Below, piece after piece: positions 37,485-47,831 of a DNA stretch of 64,000 bases. The DNA is from a bacterium (GTDB taxonomy: Bacteria; UBA8248): NCBI GenBank assembly GCA_965261085.1, contig OZ253442.1:3104001-3168000 (forward strand), in the 5' to 3' direction. Under the pieces are notes generated by a model that did not search any database, was not told the origin of the DNA, and saw only the letters and a program-made list of their open reading frames with translations. Numbering within the stretch: the first letter of the stretch is position 1; each line of letters opens with the position of its first letter. Both the position numbers and the translations under genes were made by a program.

Positions 37485-38759
37485 CTAGCCCGTGTACTCC
37501 ATGATGTGGAGACCCAGCCCCCAGCGGTCGGCCATGTAGATGAGGCCCGTATCCTTGTCCACCTGCACGTCGTTGCTCTGCGGGCAGCAGCGCTCCTTCG
37601 TGCCTGCGGGGATGTAGTAGCCCACCTCCTTCGGGCTGAAGGGGTTCGACCAGTCCACCACCCGAAGGCCTGCGTTGAACCAGCAGATGTACATGAGGTC
37701 GTCTTTCGTCATGTCGAGCCAAATGTTGTGCGCGCCGTGGCGCGAGCCCGTCTTGTTCCATTTATCATCCAGGGGCCTCATCTCGATCGGGTCGATCTCA
37801 TAGGGCATGAACGTGCTCACCGGCAGGGGCTCGTGCATGTTCCTCAAGTCGTAGAAGGTCACGAACGCCGGGGGATCGTCGCAGTTCACCGTGGTGGTCT
37901 CCTGCGTCACGATGCCGAAATCAGACCCCTCCGGCACCAGGAAGCTGTGGTAGCAGCCCGCCCAGCCGTGCGTCTCGTGCGGATTGTGGCGCCACATGAG
38001 TTCGGGTTTGGTCGGGTCGGTCAAATCGAACAGCGCGACGCCTGCGTCCCAATAGCCCGCCGTGACGTAGTTCCCCCAGGGATTCCCCTCGTGAATCCAC
38101 GCGCCGTCGCCCACGATCTCGGGGTCCCAGGAGGGCGCTTCCCCGTCTTTCTGGCCCGGAATCGTGCCCATGCCGATAAATTCGGGCGCCCAGGGGTCCT
38201 TCATGTCGTGGACGAGGAGCACCTTGCCCGCGTAGCCGTCCTTGAAGCCCGAGCTGTACATGAGCTGGCGCTTGCGGTCATAAATCGGACGGTGGATGCC
38301 GAATCCGTCCACTTCCACGTAGTTCACGAATTTGGGGTGGAACGGATCGCGATTGTCAAAAATGCGCAACCCGCCGATGGCGTCCGGGTACTGGGCGCGC
38401 AGGGAGGGTCTGAGCTCCGAGTTCGTGATCAGCACCTCGTCGTTGATGCGGAGCACCTTGTGCGTGCGCGCCGCGGGGCTGTCGACGATCTGGTTGATGA
38501 TCTTGGGATTCGCCGGGTCCTTGACGTCGAGAATCGTCATGCCGTCGTGGCCGTTCACGCCCGAGGCCGCGACGTAGCAGATGCCGCCGCCCACCTGAAT
38601 CTGGAACGCGTCGCCCCAGCCGTTCAAATCCGAATGGGCGACGAGGCGGACGTTGTGCGCCTCTTCCTTCCAGGGTTCGGTGAGCACGTGGTCAACGCCC
38701 GTGTAGGCGTCGTTGCCGCCGCCGCGAATGGGGTTTGGGTGATACGAGGGTCTGGGCAT
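37485..38759 (-). CDS. LVIVD repeat beta-propeller protein
   Basis: ILDVKDPANP, IFDNRDP.HP, LFDLTDPTKP, GAHN, WFNAGLRVVD.SNP..PKEVGYYIP, GLHIMEYTG. Confidence 0.85.
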   Translation of the reverse strand: MPRPSYHPNPIRGGGNDAYTGVDHVLTEPWKEEAHNVRLVAHSDLNGWGDAFQIQVGGGICYVAASGVNGHDGMTILDVKDPANPKIINQIVDSPAARTHKVLRINDEVLITNSELRPSLRAQYPDAIGGLRIFDNRDPFHPKFVNYVEVDGFGIHRPIYDRKRQLMYSSGFKDGYAGKVLLVHDMKDPWAPEFIGMGTIPGQKDGEAPSWDPEIVGDGAWIHEGNPWGNYVTAGYWDAGVALFDLTDPTKPELMWRHNPHETHGWAGCYHSFLVPEGSDFGIVTQETTTVNCDDPPAFVTFYDLRNMHEPLPVSTFMPYEIDPIEMRPLDDKWNKTGSRHGAHNIWLDMTKDDLMYICWFNAGLRVVDWSNPFSPKEVGYYIPAGTKERCCPQSNDVQVDKDTGLIYMADRWGLGLHIMEYTG

Positions 38760-38874
38760 GTTTCCTCCATCTAGGAATGAATGAGGTCGAACGAAGTGAA
38801 CTGTTCAGATTCGCCGGGCATTCTATGGGAACAATGCTGGATTGGAAAAGCGCCTGATGGGATTTTTTTCGGAA

Positions 38875-39996
38875 TTACTCTTCTCTGAACAGGCGGATGA
38901 AATCCTCGAAAGGAGCGGGCGGCGACTTGCCCACTTCCATGTTCTCGACGACGTGGGCCATCTGGCGCATCCCCACCAGGGCGACGGCCACGCCGGGCGC
39001 GCTGCGGGTGAACTGGATCGCGCGCTGCCCGTCGGTGGAAAACCCCGGAAACACCTCCCCTATCACGGGGGGAAGCCCATCAGCCGCCTGTCCCTGGAGT
39101 ATCGAGCCGCTCGTCATGACGGTGACGCCGTTTTTGGCCGCGGCGGCCAGAAAGCACGTCGTCTCACCGTCCAGGGCCTGATTCGGCTTGGAGAAGGCCT
39201 CCGGCATGCCCAGGTTCAGCGGCAGTTGAACCACCCTGAAGTGGTGATCCTCCCCGCCGGCGGCCCGCGCCGCACCCAGAACCTCTTCCAGCGATAGATA
39301 CTCTCCCTCGCCCGGCTCCATGCGGTATCCGTTCCATGTGGCCGTGCCGTAACTCCTGATCTTCCCCTCGGCCACGGCGCCCTCGAGCGACTCGAAGGCG
39401 TCGCGCAGGCGGCTTAGGAAAACCTCGCGCGACACTTCCTGGAGCTGCGTCTCGGGGTTGTGCACATAGTAGACGTCGATGGTCTCGACCCCCAGGTTCT
39501 CGAGGCTCGCGTCGAGTTCATGCCTGATATACGCGGGCGTCATGCAGTGGCAGTTCGCGACGATGTCTTTAGGCTCACAAACCCCGGGCTCGAAATAGGT
39601 TTTCCTCATGTAGTCGGTGAAATCCGCCTGGCCTTGCGGCGGATGGGTATCGAAGGGAATGAACCCTCCCTTGGTGCATATGGCCAGCGCCTCCCTGCCC
39701 ACCTCGCCCCCGGCGAACAAATCGTCCAGAGCCGCGCGGATGTTCCTCTCGCTGCGCTGGAAGCGGTAGTTCACCGCCGTGTCGATGACGTTGCACCCGC
39801 CCCGGACGGCGGCGGCCACGGATTCGCGATAGGCCGCGTCTGTCGCCTCGTCCGCTTCCCCGAGATAGGTGCCGATACCGATGGAGGAGAGCCAAAGCCC
39901 CCCCAGTTGCCTGAAATGCTCAGGGTGTAAGACGGACGAGTGGGCTTGCGCGTAGCTTTTTGTACCCTCGGTCGTGGCGAAACCTGCGTGGGCCAA
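38875..39996 (-). CDS. Aldo/keto reductase
   Basis: SSIGIGTY, NVIDTA.NYR.QRSE, TKGG, IDVYYVHNPE, QLP.NL. Confidence 0.9.
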   Translation of the reverse strand: MAHAGFATTEGTKSYAQAHSSVLHPEHFRQLGGLWLSSIGIGTYLGEADEATDAAYRESVAAAVRGGCNVIDTAVNYRFQRSERNIRAALDDLFAGGEVGREALAICTKGGFIPFDTHPPQGQADFTDYMRKTYFEPGVCEPKDIVANCHCMTPAYIRHELDASLENLGVETIDVYYVHNPETQLQEVSREVFLSRLRDAFESLEGAVAEGKIRSYGTATWNGYRMEPGEGEYLSLEEVLGAARAAGGEDHHFRVVQLPLNLGMPEAFSKPNQALDGETTCFLAAAAKNGVTVMTSGSILQGQAADGLPPVIGEVFPGFSTDGQRAIQFTRSAPGVAVALVGMRQMAHVVENMEVGKSPPAPFEDFIRLFREE

Positions 39997-40182
39997 TTTT
40001 ATACTCTCTCCGTGATTGCGCCTTCACTCGGCGGAACCACCCGGCTCGCGCATCTGGAGTGCGGCGCAAGTGTTTTCTTCCGGCGATTCGGGTGTGAGAC
40101 GGGGCCATCCTACACATATTTGCGCCGAAAGGCGATGCGTCGGCTCAAAATACTCCCGAGCGGGCCGCGAAAAATTGCCGTC

Positions 40183-40212
40183 TTGACATGGCATCGCCGT
40201 ATCATCAATAAT
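40183..40212 (+). promoter_or_regulatory. Sigma70-like promoter for coxSLM
   Basis: TTGACA-N18-AATAAT about 110 bp upstream of coxS. Confidence 0.4.
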
Positions 40213-40321
40213 GTTCTCACTGGATAATTTGATGGAGGAACATCATTCTTCGGTGATGGAAGAGACTCCCCGTTGAGGGGACGCGCTTCGAACATTTATC
40301 TTAAGTGGGGGCCCGAAGACC

Positions 40322-40786
40322 TTGGAAATCAATATCAGCATCAACGGCGAGAGCCGGACGTTCGACGTGGAACCCAGAACTCTTCTGGTTTACCTGTTGC
40401 GCGATGACGCCGGCCTTACGGGTACGCACGTCGCGTGTGAAACCTCGATATGCGGCGCCTGCACCATCCTGATCGACGACAAGGCGGTGAAAAGCTGCAC
40501 GGTGCTGGCCGCGCAGGCGGATGGTTGCGCCGTCACGACCATCGAAGGACTCGCCAATGGCGAGCAGCTTCATCCTTTGCAAGAACAATTCTGGGAGAAA
40601 CACGGCCTTCAGTGCGGCTACTGCACGCCGGGCATGATCCTGACGGCGAACCAACTCATTGCGGACAACCCCGATCCGACGGACGAGGAAATCAGGCACG
40701 GCATAGAAGGCAACCTTTGCCGCTGCACGGGTTATCAAAACATCGTCGACGCCATTTCCGCGGCGGCGGCTCAGATGAGGGAATAA
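40322..40786 (+). CDS. coxS: Molybdenum hydroxylase 2Fe-2S subunit (CoxS-like)
   Basis: CETSICGACT, KSC, QCGYCTPG, GNLCRCTGY. Confidence 0.93.
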   Translation: MEINISINGESRTFDVEPRTLLVYLLRDDAGLTGTHVACETSICGACTILIDDKAVKSCTVLAAQADGCAVTTIEGLANGEQLHPLQEQFWEKHGLQCGYCTPGMILTANQLIADNPDPTDEEIRHGIEGNLCRCTGYQNIVDAISAAAAQMRE

Positions 40787-40789
40787 GAG

Positions 40790-43117
40790 ATGGCCCAAGC
40801 ACCCAAATTCATCGGCGCGCCCATCAAAAGACGTGACGATCCGCGTCTCATTCAGGGCCTCGCCCACTACGTGGACGATTTCAACCCACACGGCACCCTG
40901 CACATGGCGCTCGTGAGAAGCCCGTACGGCAAAGCCGCCATACGCTCGGTCGATATTTCCAGGGCGAAGGCGGCGGAAGGCGTGGTCGCCGTCTACACCC
41001 ACGAGGAGACGAAGGGCATCGGCCCCGTCCCCGTGGGCGGCCTCGTGCCCGACGCCAAGGTGCCGAACCAGCCGATACTGGCCGATAAACAGGCGCTCTT
41101 CGCCGGTGAACCCGTCGTTGCGGTTGTCGCAAAGACGCGCTACGGCGCGCGAGACGCGGCGGAGTTGGTCGAGATCGACTACGAGCCGCTCGACGCCGTG
41201 GTGGACTTAGAGGCCGCTCTGGAGCCCGGCTCACCCAAGGTGCACGAAGCCTATGAGAGCAACGAGGCGTTCATATGGGGAATCGCCGGCGGCGACGTGG
41301 AAGCCGGTTTCAACGAAGCCGACGTCATCGTCAAGGAGAGGATCACGAACGCCCGCGTCGCCCCGCTGGCGCTGGAGCCGCGCGGCGTTCTGGCGCACTA
41401 CCTCCCCGGCGAGGACAAGATGACGCTGTGGACCTCCACCCAGGTGCCGCACAAGGTGCGCACGCTCGTGGCGATCCAGATCGGGATGCCGGAGAACCGC
41501 ATGCGCGTCATCGCCCCCGAAGTGGGCGGCGGCTTCGGCAGCAAGCTCAACATCTACCGCGAAGAGGCGCTCGCGGCTTTCGTCTCGCGCGAACTCGGCC
41601 TGCCGATCAAGTGGGTGGAAAGCCGTTCCGAGAACTTCATGGCCACCATCCACGGGCGCGGCCAGGTGGGCGACGTGGAGATGGGCCTCAAGAACGACGG
41701 CACCATCACCGCGTTCCGCTACAACGTGCTGGCCGATTGCGGGGCCTACTATCAGTTGCTCACCATAGCCATCTTTACGCTGACGGGCCTCATGCTCCCC
41801 GGCCCCTACAAGATCGCGAACATCGAGATGAACGCCACCGGCGTGTTCACCAACAAGGTGGCGACAGACGCCTACCGGGGCGCGGGCCGTCCCGAGGCGA
41901 CCTACATTCTCGAACGCATGATGGACATCGCGGCGATAAAACTGGGAATGGACCCCGTGGAGATCAGGCGCAAGAATTTCCCGGATAAATCCGAGTTCCC
42001 CTTCAGCACGTCCGCAGGTCTGCTCTACGACAGCGGGGATTACCATCAGGCGCTCGACCTCGCGCTCGAAGCGGCGGACTACCCCGCCATGCGCGCGCAG
42101 CAGGAAGAGGCCAGAAAAGACGGCAGGTATCTGGGTATCGGCTTTTCCACCTACGTCGAGATTTGCGGCATGGGACCCTCCGCCGCGCTGGGCGGCCAGG
42201 GTTGGGAGAGCGCGCGCGTGCGCGTGGAACCCACGGGCAAGGCCACCGTATTCTCGGGCGCATCGCCCCACGGCCAGGGCCAGCAGACCTCTTTCGCCCA
42301 AATCGTGGCGGACGGCCTGGGCATCGGCGTGGACGACGTGACCGTCATCCACGGAGATACCGACGTGGTGCCCTACGGCGTGGGCACCTTCGGCAGCCGG
42401 GGCACCGTGGTGGGCGGCTCGGCGGTCGTCTACGCGCGCGACAAGGTGCGGGCGAAGATGACCAAGTTCGCGGCGATGGAATTCGAGGCCGCCGAGGACG
42501 ACATCGAATTCGAGGACGGCAAGGTATTCGTCAGGAGCGCGCCCGAGAAATCGACCGGCTTCGCCGAGATCGCGATGATGGCCTACAGCGCCATCAAACT
42601 GCCTGAAGACACCGATCCGGGCCTCGAGGAAACCCACTTCTTCGAGCCGAGCAACTTCACCTTCCCCTTCGGGACGCACATCGTCCTGGCCGAGGTCGAT
42701 CCGGATACGGGTGAGGTGGAAATTCTCCGCTACGTGGCGGTGGACGACGTGGGCAACATGATCAACCCGCTGCTCGTACACGGACAGATCCACGGCGGCA
42801 TCGCCCAGGGGCTGGGACAGGCACTGGAAGAAGAGATGATTTACGGCGAGGGCGGACAGCCGCTCAACGCGTCTTTCATGCACTACGCCCTTCCCAAGGC
42901 GAACAGGCTGCCACGCTTCGAGCTTCTGCACACCACCACGCCGACGGACGTGAACCCCCTCGGCGCGAAAGGCGTGGGCGAGGCCGGCACCATCGGCTCG
43001 ACACCCGCCGTGGTGAACGCCGTGCTCGACGCGCTTTCGCCATTCGGCATCACGCACATCGACATGCCGCTGCGCCCCGAGAGGCTGTGGCGCGCCATCG
43101 CCGAGAAGAGGGCTTAA
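40790..43117 (+). CDS. coxL: Molybdenum hydroxylase large subunit, CoxL form II-like
   Basis: VGGGFGSK, AYRGAGRPEA (form II signature), HGQG, GSR, GQIHGG.AQG, KGVGEAG. Confidence 0.92.
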   Translation: MAQAPKFIGAPIKRRDDPRLIQGLAHYVDDFNPHGTLHMALVRSPYGKAAIRSVDISRAKAAEGVVAVYTHEETKGIGPVPVGGLVPDAKVPNQPILADKQALFAGEPVVAVVAKTRYGARDAAELVEIDYEPLDAVVDLEAALEPGSPKVHEAYESNEAFIWGIAGGDVEAGFNEADVIVKERITNARVAPLALEPRGVLAHYLPGEDKMTLWTSTQVPHKVRTLVAIQIGMPENRMRVIAPEVGGGFGSKLNIYREEALAAFVSRELGLPIKWVESRSENFMATIHGRGQVGDVEMGLKNDGTITAFRYNVLADCGAYYQLLTIAIFTLTGLMLPGPYKIANIEMNATGVFTNKVATDAYRGAGRPEATYILERMMDIAAIKLGMDPVEIRRKNFPDKSEFPFSTSAGLLYDSGDYHQALDLALEAADYPAMRAQQEEARKDGRYLGIGFSTYVEICGMGPSAALGGQGWESARVRVEPTGKATVFSGASPHGQGQQTSFAQIVADGLGIGVDDVTVIHGDTDVVPYGVGTFGSRGTVVGGSAVVYARDKVRAKMTKFAAMEFEAAEDDIEFEDGKVFVRSAPEKSTGFAEIAMMAYSAIKLPEDTDPGLEETHFFEPSNFTFPFGTHIVLAEVDPDTGEVEILRYVAVDDVGNMINPLLVHGQIHGGIAQGLGQALEEEMIYGEGGQPLNASFMHYALPKANRLPRFELLHTTTPTDVNPLGAKGVGEAGTIGSTPAVVNAVLDALSPFGITHIDMPLRPERLWRAIAEKRA

Positions 43118-43119
43118 GA

Positions 43120-43992
43120 ATGATTCCAGCTTCTTTCGACTACGTTCGACCCAAGGCGCTTGAAGACGCTCTCGCGCAACTCAGGGAGCATGGAGAAGAC
43201 GCGCGAGTCCTCGCCGGAGGACACAGCCTTCTGCCCGTGATGAAGGCGAGGCTCGCCGACCCGGGCGTCCTCATCGACATCGCCCACATCGAGGGCCTCT
43301 CGGGCATCACCGAGTCCGAGGGCGGAGTTCGCATCGGCGCGATGACGACCCACGCCGAAATCGAGAATTCATCTCTGGTGCAGGAAAAATGCCGGGCCCT
43401 CGCAGAGGCGGCGGGCTCCATCGGCGACGTGCAGGTCAGAAACCGGGGCACGCTGGGCGGCTCTCTCGCCCATGCGGACCCCGCCGCCGACTATCCGGCG
43501 GCCGTGCTGGCGGCGGGAGCGGAAGTCACCGTCGCGGGCGCGGACGGCGAGCGCGTTATCGGAATCGACGATTTCTTCACCGGAACGTATGAGACGGCCC
43601 TCGCCCCCGCCGAGATTCTCACCTCCGTTCGCATACCGGCTCCATCCGGACGCAGCGGCGGCGCGTATCTCAAGGCGGCGCAACAGGCCAGCGGCTTCGC
43701 GGTGTGCGGCGTGGCCGTCCAGCTCGCGCTGGACGCAAACGGCGCGGTCGCCTCCATCCGCGTGGGCGTGACGGGCGTGGCCGCGCCCGCCTACCGGGCC
43801 ACAAACGTCGAGGATGCTCTCATCGGCGGCGCGCCGAGCGCTGAGTCGATTCGCAAGGCGGCTGCGGGAGCGGGAGAGGGCGTCGATGCGCTCGATGATT
43901 TCTACGCCGGGGCGGATTTCAGGCGCCATCTGGCCGGCGTCTACGCCGCGCGCGCCATCGGCAAGGCCTGGATCCGCGCCTCCGGCAACTAA
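43120..43992 (+). CDS. coxM: Molybdenum hydroxylase FAD subunit (CoxM-like)
   Basis: MIPASFDY.RP, LAGGHSLLP.MK.RL, QVRNRGTLGGSLAHADPAAD. Confidence 0.93.
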   Translation: MIPASFDYVRPKALEDALAQLREHGEDARVLAGGHSLLPVMKARLADPGVLIDIAHIEGLSGITESEGGVRIGAMTTHAEIENSSLVQEKCRALAEAAGSIGDVQVRNRGTLGGSLAHADPAADYPAAVLAAGAEVTVAGADGERVIGIDDFFTGTYETALAPAEILTSVRIPAPSGRSGGAYLKAAQQASGFAVCGVAVQLALDANGAVASIRVGVTGVAAPAYRATNVEDALIGGAPSAESIRKAAAGAGEGVDALDDFYAGADFRRHLAGVYAARAIGKAWIRASGN

Positions 43993-44090
43993 CGCTTACG
44001 CTTCGGGCGTGCAGCTTCCCCGGCAAAACGTGTTTTCCCCTCATCGCCCGTATACCTTGCGGGCGATTTTCACGTCCGCAGCGGTTTCAA

Positions 44091-44915
44091 ATGAATAACG
44101 CCCCGCTTCTTCCCTCCATCCCCTGGCTCGCGCATGAGAACGCGCGTTTTATCGACCATCTTCGCGCGATGGCGCAAGCCGATTGGCTCAAGCCCACCTT
44201 CTGCCTCGAGTGGAACGCGGCCCAAATCATCGGCCACATGACGGGAGGGGCCATCTCCTATGTCGAGCGTATCCGGGCGGCGCGCAGAGGAGAGGTCATC
44301 CTCTCTCTGGGAGCCGAGACGCCGGCGGAATTCCAGGCGGCGCGCGGTGAGATTATGCGCAAATCCATCGCCATGTCTTCCGCAGAGCGCATCGACTGGA
44401 TAGAACAAAGCCAGAGCGCGCTCCAGGCTGAAATCGAACGCTTGGAACCCGGCGATCTCGACCGAAAACTCTGGCACAGAAAGGGCGACACGCGGGTGCG
44501 GACTTTTCCCGATCAAAGGCTCTACGAGGTGGCGCTACACTCCTGGGATTTGGAGAACGACCCCGCATCACCGCTTGAGACCGATTCACTGGGCATGCTT
44601 GTGAAAATCCTCGAAACGAGGCTTTCATTATACGTCAACCGCGCCGCGCCTACTGGAATTACGGGTGTGTTCCGCTTCGAGACGACGGCGCCCGAGGCGG
44701 TATGGGAAATGGCGATAGCAGGTAGTAAGGCATCGCCCACGGAGGGCCTCTCCGATTCGCCCGACGCCGCTCTCTCCGCATCTGCGAGCGACATGGTGCT
44801 CCTGTGCGCGGGCCGGGCGGAGCGCGCGCTGAAAATCGTAGAAAACTCCCTGCGCATCGAAGGAGACACGCAAAAAGCGACAAAACTCATGGACGTCCTC
44901 TTTCAGCCCTTTTGA
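44091..44915 (+). CDS. DinB-superfamily maleylpyruvate isomerase-like protein (MDMPI N-domain plus SCP2-like C-domain)
   Basis: PTFC.EW...QIIGH and E.ALHSWDL metal-binding His motifs. Confidence 0.78.
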   Translation: MNNAPLLPSIPWLAHENARFIDHLRAMAQADWLKPTFCLEWNAAQIIGHMTGGAISYVERIRAARRGEVILSLGAETPAEFQAARGEIMRKSIAMSSAERIDWIEQSQSALQAEIERLEPGDLDRKLWHRKGDTRVRTFPDQRLYEVALHSWDLENDPASPLETDSLGMLVKILETRLSLYVNRAAPTGITGVFRFETTAPEAVWEMAIAGSKASPTEGLSDSPDAALSASASDMVLLCAGRAERALKIVENSLRIEGDTQKATKLMDVLFQPF

Positions 44916-44942
44916 ACGCGGCACGGGAACAGGGGAAAAATC

Positions 44943-45455
44943 ATGCGGCTCGTCATTGATGGATACAACCTCATTCCCGCCATCGCCGAACTCAGGCGCG
45001 TTCTTCATCAGGATTTGGAAGCCGGTCGCGAGGGCCTCATCGAGATGCTCCAGAGCTACCGCAGGAATTCTCAGGGAAATCCCCAGATTACCGTCGTATT
45101 CGACGGAAAATCCCACCATGACCGAGGGGGGAGAAGCCCGGGCGGTGTGGAGGTATTGTTCTCCAGACACGAAATCGCCGACGCGCTTATCCTGCGCCTC
45201 TTGAAAGACAAATACAGGGGGGCGGTTCTCGTCACCTCGGACAGGGCGCTCGGCGAGGCGGCGGCGCCCTTCGCGTCTGCGGTCGTGCGGACGGGCGAGT
45301 TTAGGGACCGTCTCCATCAGGCGGCCTTCATGGAAGATGACGCGCCGGAAGATGATCCCTCCAGAACGCCCAGGCGAGACACCCGGAAAAAAGGAAACCC
45401 CAGGCGCGCCCCCAAAAAAGAGCGCAAAAGAAGCCGGCAACTCAAGAATCTTTGA
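44943..45455 (+). CDS. NYN/YacP-like PIN-fold ribonuclease
   Basis: LVIDGYNLI, VVFDG, AD..I, VTSDR, C-terminal KKGNPRR.PK. Confidence 0.85.
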   Translation: MRLVIDGYNLIPAIAELRRVLHQDLEAGREGLIEMLQSYRRNSQGNPQITVVFDGKSHHDRGGRSPGGVEVLFSRHEIADALILRLLKDKYRGAVLVTSDRALGEAAAPFASAVVRTGEFRDRLHQAAFMEDDAPEDDPSRTPRRDTRKKGNPRRAPKKERKRSRQLKNL

Positions 45456-45714
45456 GGTGACGTTCATCCGAGGCGGGCGCTAGTTACTCCGCGCGGTAAT
45501 TTTCATCTCTTCCGCCGAAAACCCATCGCCCTATCCCGCACAAGCAACTCTCCGCAGCCCCGCGCGAGAATCGCATGGCCCCTACCCTCATGTGAATGTC
45601 TTTGGAATGCAATACCTCTCAACACCTCGGAATGCCGAATTCACCGCTCAGCTTTTCAACCGCCCGCGCATCTCCCCGAAATGCAGGATGATGGAGAGCG
45701 TCGCCAATATGAAA

Positions 45715-46617
45715 CTATTCGGAGCGCAGTCTGGGGTCGAGCGTGTCGCGCACGGCGTCGCCGAAGAGGTTGAAGGCGAAGACGGAGGCGGTGATGGCGA
45801 GACCGGGAAAAACGGGAATCCAGGGCGCGCTTTCGGCGTATTCCTCAGCCCCTCCCTGGAGCATCAGCCCCCAGGCGGCGGTGGGTTCCTGCACTCCGAG
45901 ACCTAAGTAGGAGAGTGAGGCTTCGAGCAGTATCGCCTGGCCCAGGAAAGAAGTGAGCATGATGAGATAGGGCGCCATGACGTTGGGAATCATGTGCCGG
46001 AAGATGATGCGCGCGTGCGCGAAGCCGAGCGCCCGGGCGGCGTCCACGTAGGGAATCTCGCGGATGGAGAGCGCGCTTGAGCGCACCACGCGGGCGCATC
46101 TGGGGATCAAGGGAATCGTGATGGCGAAAATCACGTTCTGCGTTCCGGTGCCGAAGATGGAAACCACCGAGAGCGCCATGATGATGAGCGGAAACGAGAT
46201 GAAGATATCCATGAAGCGCTGGAATATGAGGTCGAAGCGCCCGCCGAAATACGCGCTGCCCACGCCGAGGACGAGGCCGGCGGTGGAGCCCATTATGGCG
46301 GCCGAAAAGCCGATGAACAGCGCCGTTCTGGCGCCGAAGACAATGCGCGTGAAAATATCGCGCCCGAACTGATCCGTCCCGAACCAATGCGCGACGCTCG
46401 GGGCGACGTGCATGCTGTCGAAGGAATTCTGCACCGGGTCGTAGAAGGTGATGATGTCCGCGAAACCGGCCAGCAGGATCATCGCGATGACGGCGCACGC
46501 ACTCACCGCGCCCAGGGGCTTCTTCCTCGCGGTGTCCTTGAGCTTGCTCAACAGCGAGCGCTCGGGGACGGCGGCGAAATCCATCTCGGAGACGGCAAGG
46601 TCGGTGGGGGACGCCAT
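45715..46617 (-). CDS. Peptide/nickel ABC transporter permease (DppC/OppC)
   Basis: HWFGTDQFGRD, YVDAARALG, EASLSYLGLG, FNLFGDAVRD.LDPR. Confidence 0.93.
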   Translation of the reverse strand: MASPTDLAVSEMDFAAVPERSLLSKLKDTARKKPLGAVSACAVIAMILLAGFADIITFYDPVQNSFDSMHVAPSVAHWFGTDQFGRDIFTRIVFGARTALFIGFSAAIMGSTAGLVLGVGSAYFGGRFDLIFQRFMDIFISFPLIIMALSVVSIFGTGTQNVIFAITIPLIPRCARVVRSSALSIREIPYVDAARALGFAHARIIFRHMIPNVMAPYLIMLTSFLGQAILLEASLSYLGLGVQEPTAAWGLMLQGGAEEYAESAPWIPVFPGLAITASVFAFNLFGDAVRDTLDPRLRSE

Positions 46618-46628
46618 CACGTAACCTC

Positions 46629-47600
46629 CTAGCTGTAGCGTATGCGCGGGTCGAGCCACGCATAGAGGATGTCGATGAACAGATTCGTAAAGATGAAGAC
46701 GACGGCCACGAGCATGACCAGGGCCTGCGTCATGGTGTAGTCGTGGTTACTCACCGATTCGACTAAAAGTTTCCCCAGGCCGTTTAGGTTGAACACCAGT
46801 TCGGTCACCACCAGCCCGCCCATCAGGAAGGCGAACTCCAGGCCGATGACGGTCACCACGGGCAGAAGCGAATTCTTGAGCGCATGGCGGTTGATGATGA
46901 GCTTTTCCAGCAGACCCTTGGCGCGTGCGGTGCGCACGTAATCCTCACGCAAGACCTCCAGCAGGGCCGAGCGCGTCATGCGCGTGGCGACGGCGGAGTA
47001 TCTATATCCCGTCGCGACGGCCGGCCATATCAACTGCGATATGTTGGCCACCGGATCCTCCCATATCGGGGTATAGTGAATCGGCGGCATCCAGGGGTCC
47101 CCGAAGACTTTCTGCGTCATGATCAAAAGACCGAGAATAATCAGAATGCCCAGCCAGAACGAGGGCATGGCGATCCCTGCGATGCTGATCGAGCGCACGA
47201 CGTAGTCGATCCAGGTGTCCTGCTTGATGGCGGAAATCGTTCCCAGCGGAATGGAGATGAGGATGCCCGTGAGCGTCGCCATGATGGCGACCTGCAAGGA
47301 GAGTTCGAACCTAAGGCCGATTTCGTGCAGAATCGGCTTGCCCGTCCACATGGATTGGCCCAAATCGAACGTGAAGAATCCCGTGATGAAATCGATGAAC
47401 TGCACGTAGATGGGCGCGTCTATCCCCAGGTTCTCCTGGCACGTCGCTATCGCTTCCTTGTCCACGTACATGCCCGAGCCGGCCATGCGGAGTTCGCACA
47501 CGTCACCGGGTATCAGGCGGAGCATGAAGAACACCAGCACCGCCGCTCCCAGGAGCGTCGGGAACATCAGCAAAATTCTCTTGAGCGTGTATTTGTACAC
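46629..47600 (-). CDS. Peptide/nickel ABC transporter permease (DppB/OppB)
   Basis: LIPGD, DLGQS, PSFWLG, EDYVRTARAKGL, HALKNS, LDPRIRY. Confidence 0.93.
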   Translation of the reverse strand: MYKYTLKRILLMFPTLLGAAVLVFFMLRLIPGDVCELRMAGSGMYVDKEAIATCQENLGIDAPIYVQFIDFITGFFTFDLGQSMWTGKPILHEIGLRFELSLQVAIMATLTGILISIPLGTISAIKQDTWIDYVVRSISIAGIAMPSFWLGILIILGLLIMTQKVFGDPWMPPIHYTPIWEDPVANISQLIWPAVATGYRYSAVATRMTRSALLEVLREDYVRTARAKGLLEKLIINRHALKNSLLPVVTVIGLEFAFLMGGLVVTELVFNLNGLGKLLVESVSNHDYTMTQALVMLVAVVFIFTNLFIDILYAWLDPRIRYS

Positions 47601-47831
47601 TTTGTGCGTCCTTGCGATTCACGCCATGCGAGCGTATCGCACGCCTCGGGAGGAGTTCGCCGACTCATCCATCATTGATGCGCCCTTGCGTTTCACTTCT
47701 TGCGTGACTCTCATCACCTCACATGCGGCGATGGGGCGCTTTCACGTTCGCTCACAGGCCCCCATGCCGCTTTTTGGGGCCGCCCTCCCCCGCCCACCCG
47801 GGCGTCCGGGCGGCGAGGGAGACGATGCGGC

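Noticed and set aside
41231-43057. 608-aa antisense ORF (also 60850..62586, 37482..38774, 49509..50651, 56394..57470, 27680..28777)
   Set aside because: Shadow ORFs opposite well-supported genes, expected with high GC3; no recognisable motifs.
40790-43117. Genuine aerobic CO dehydrogenase (form I)
   Set aside because: The active-site loop is AYRGAGR, not AYRCSFR, and gene order is S-L-M; CO oxidation is not supported.
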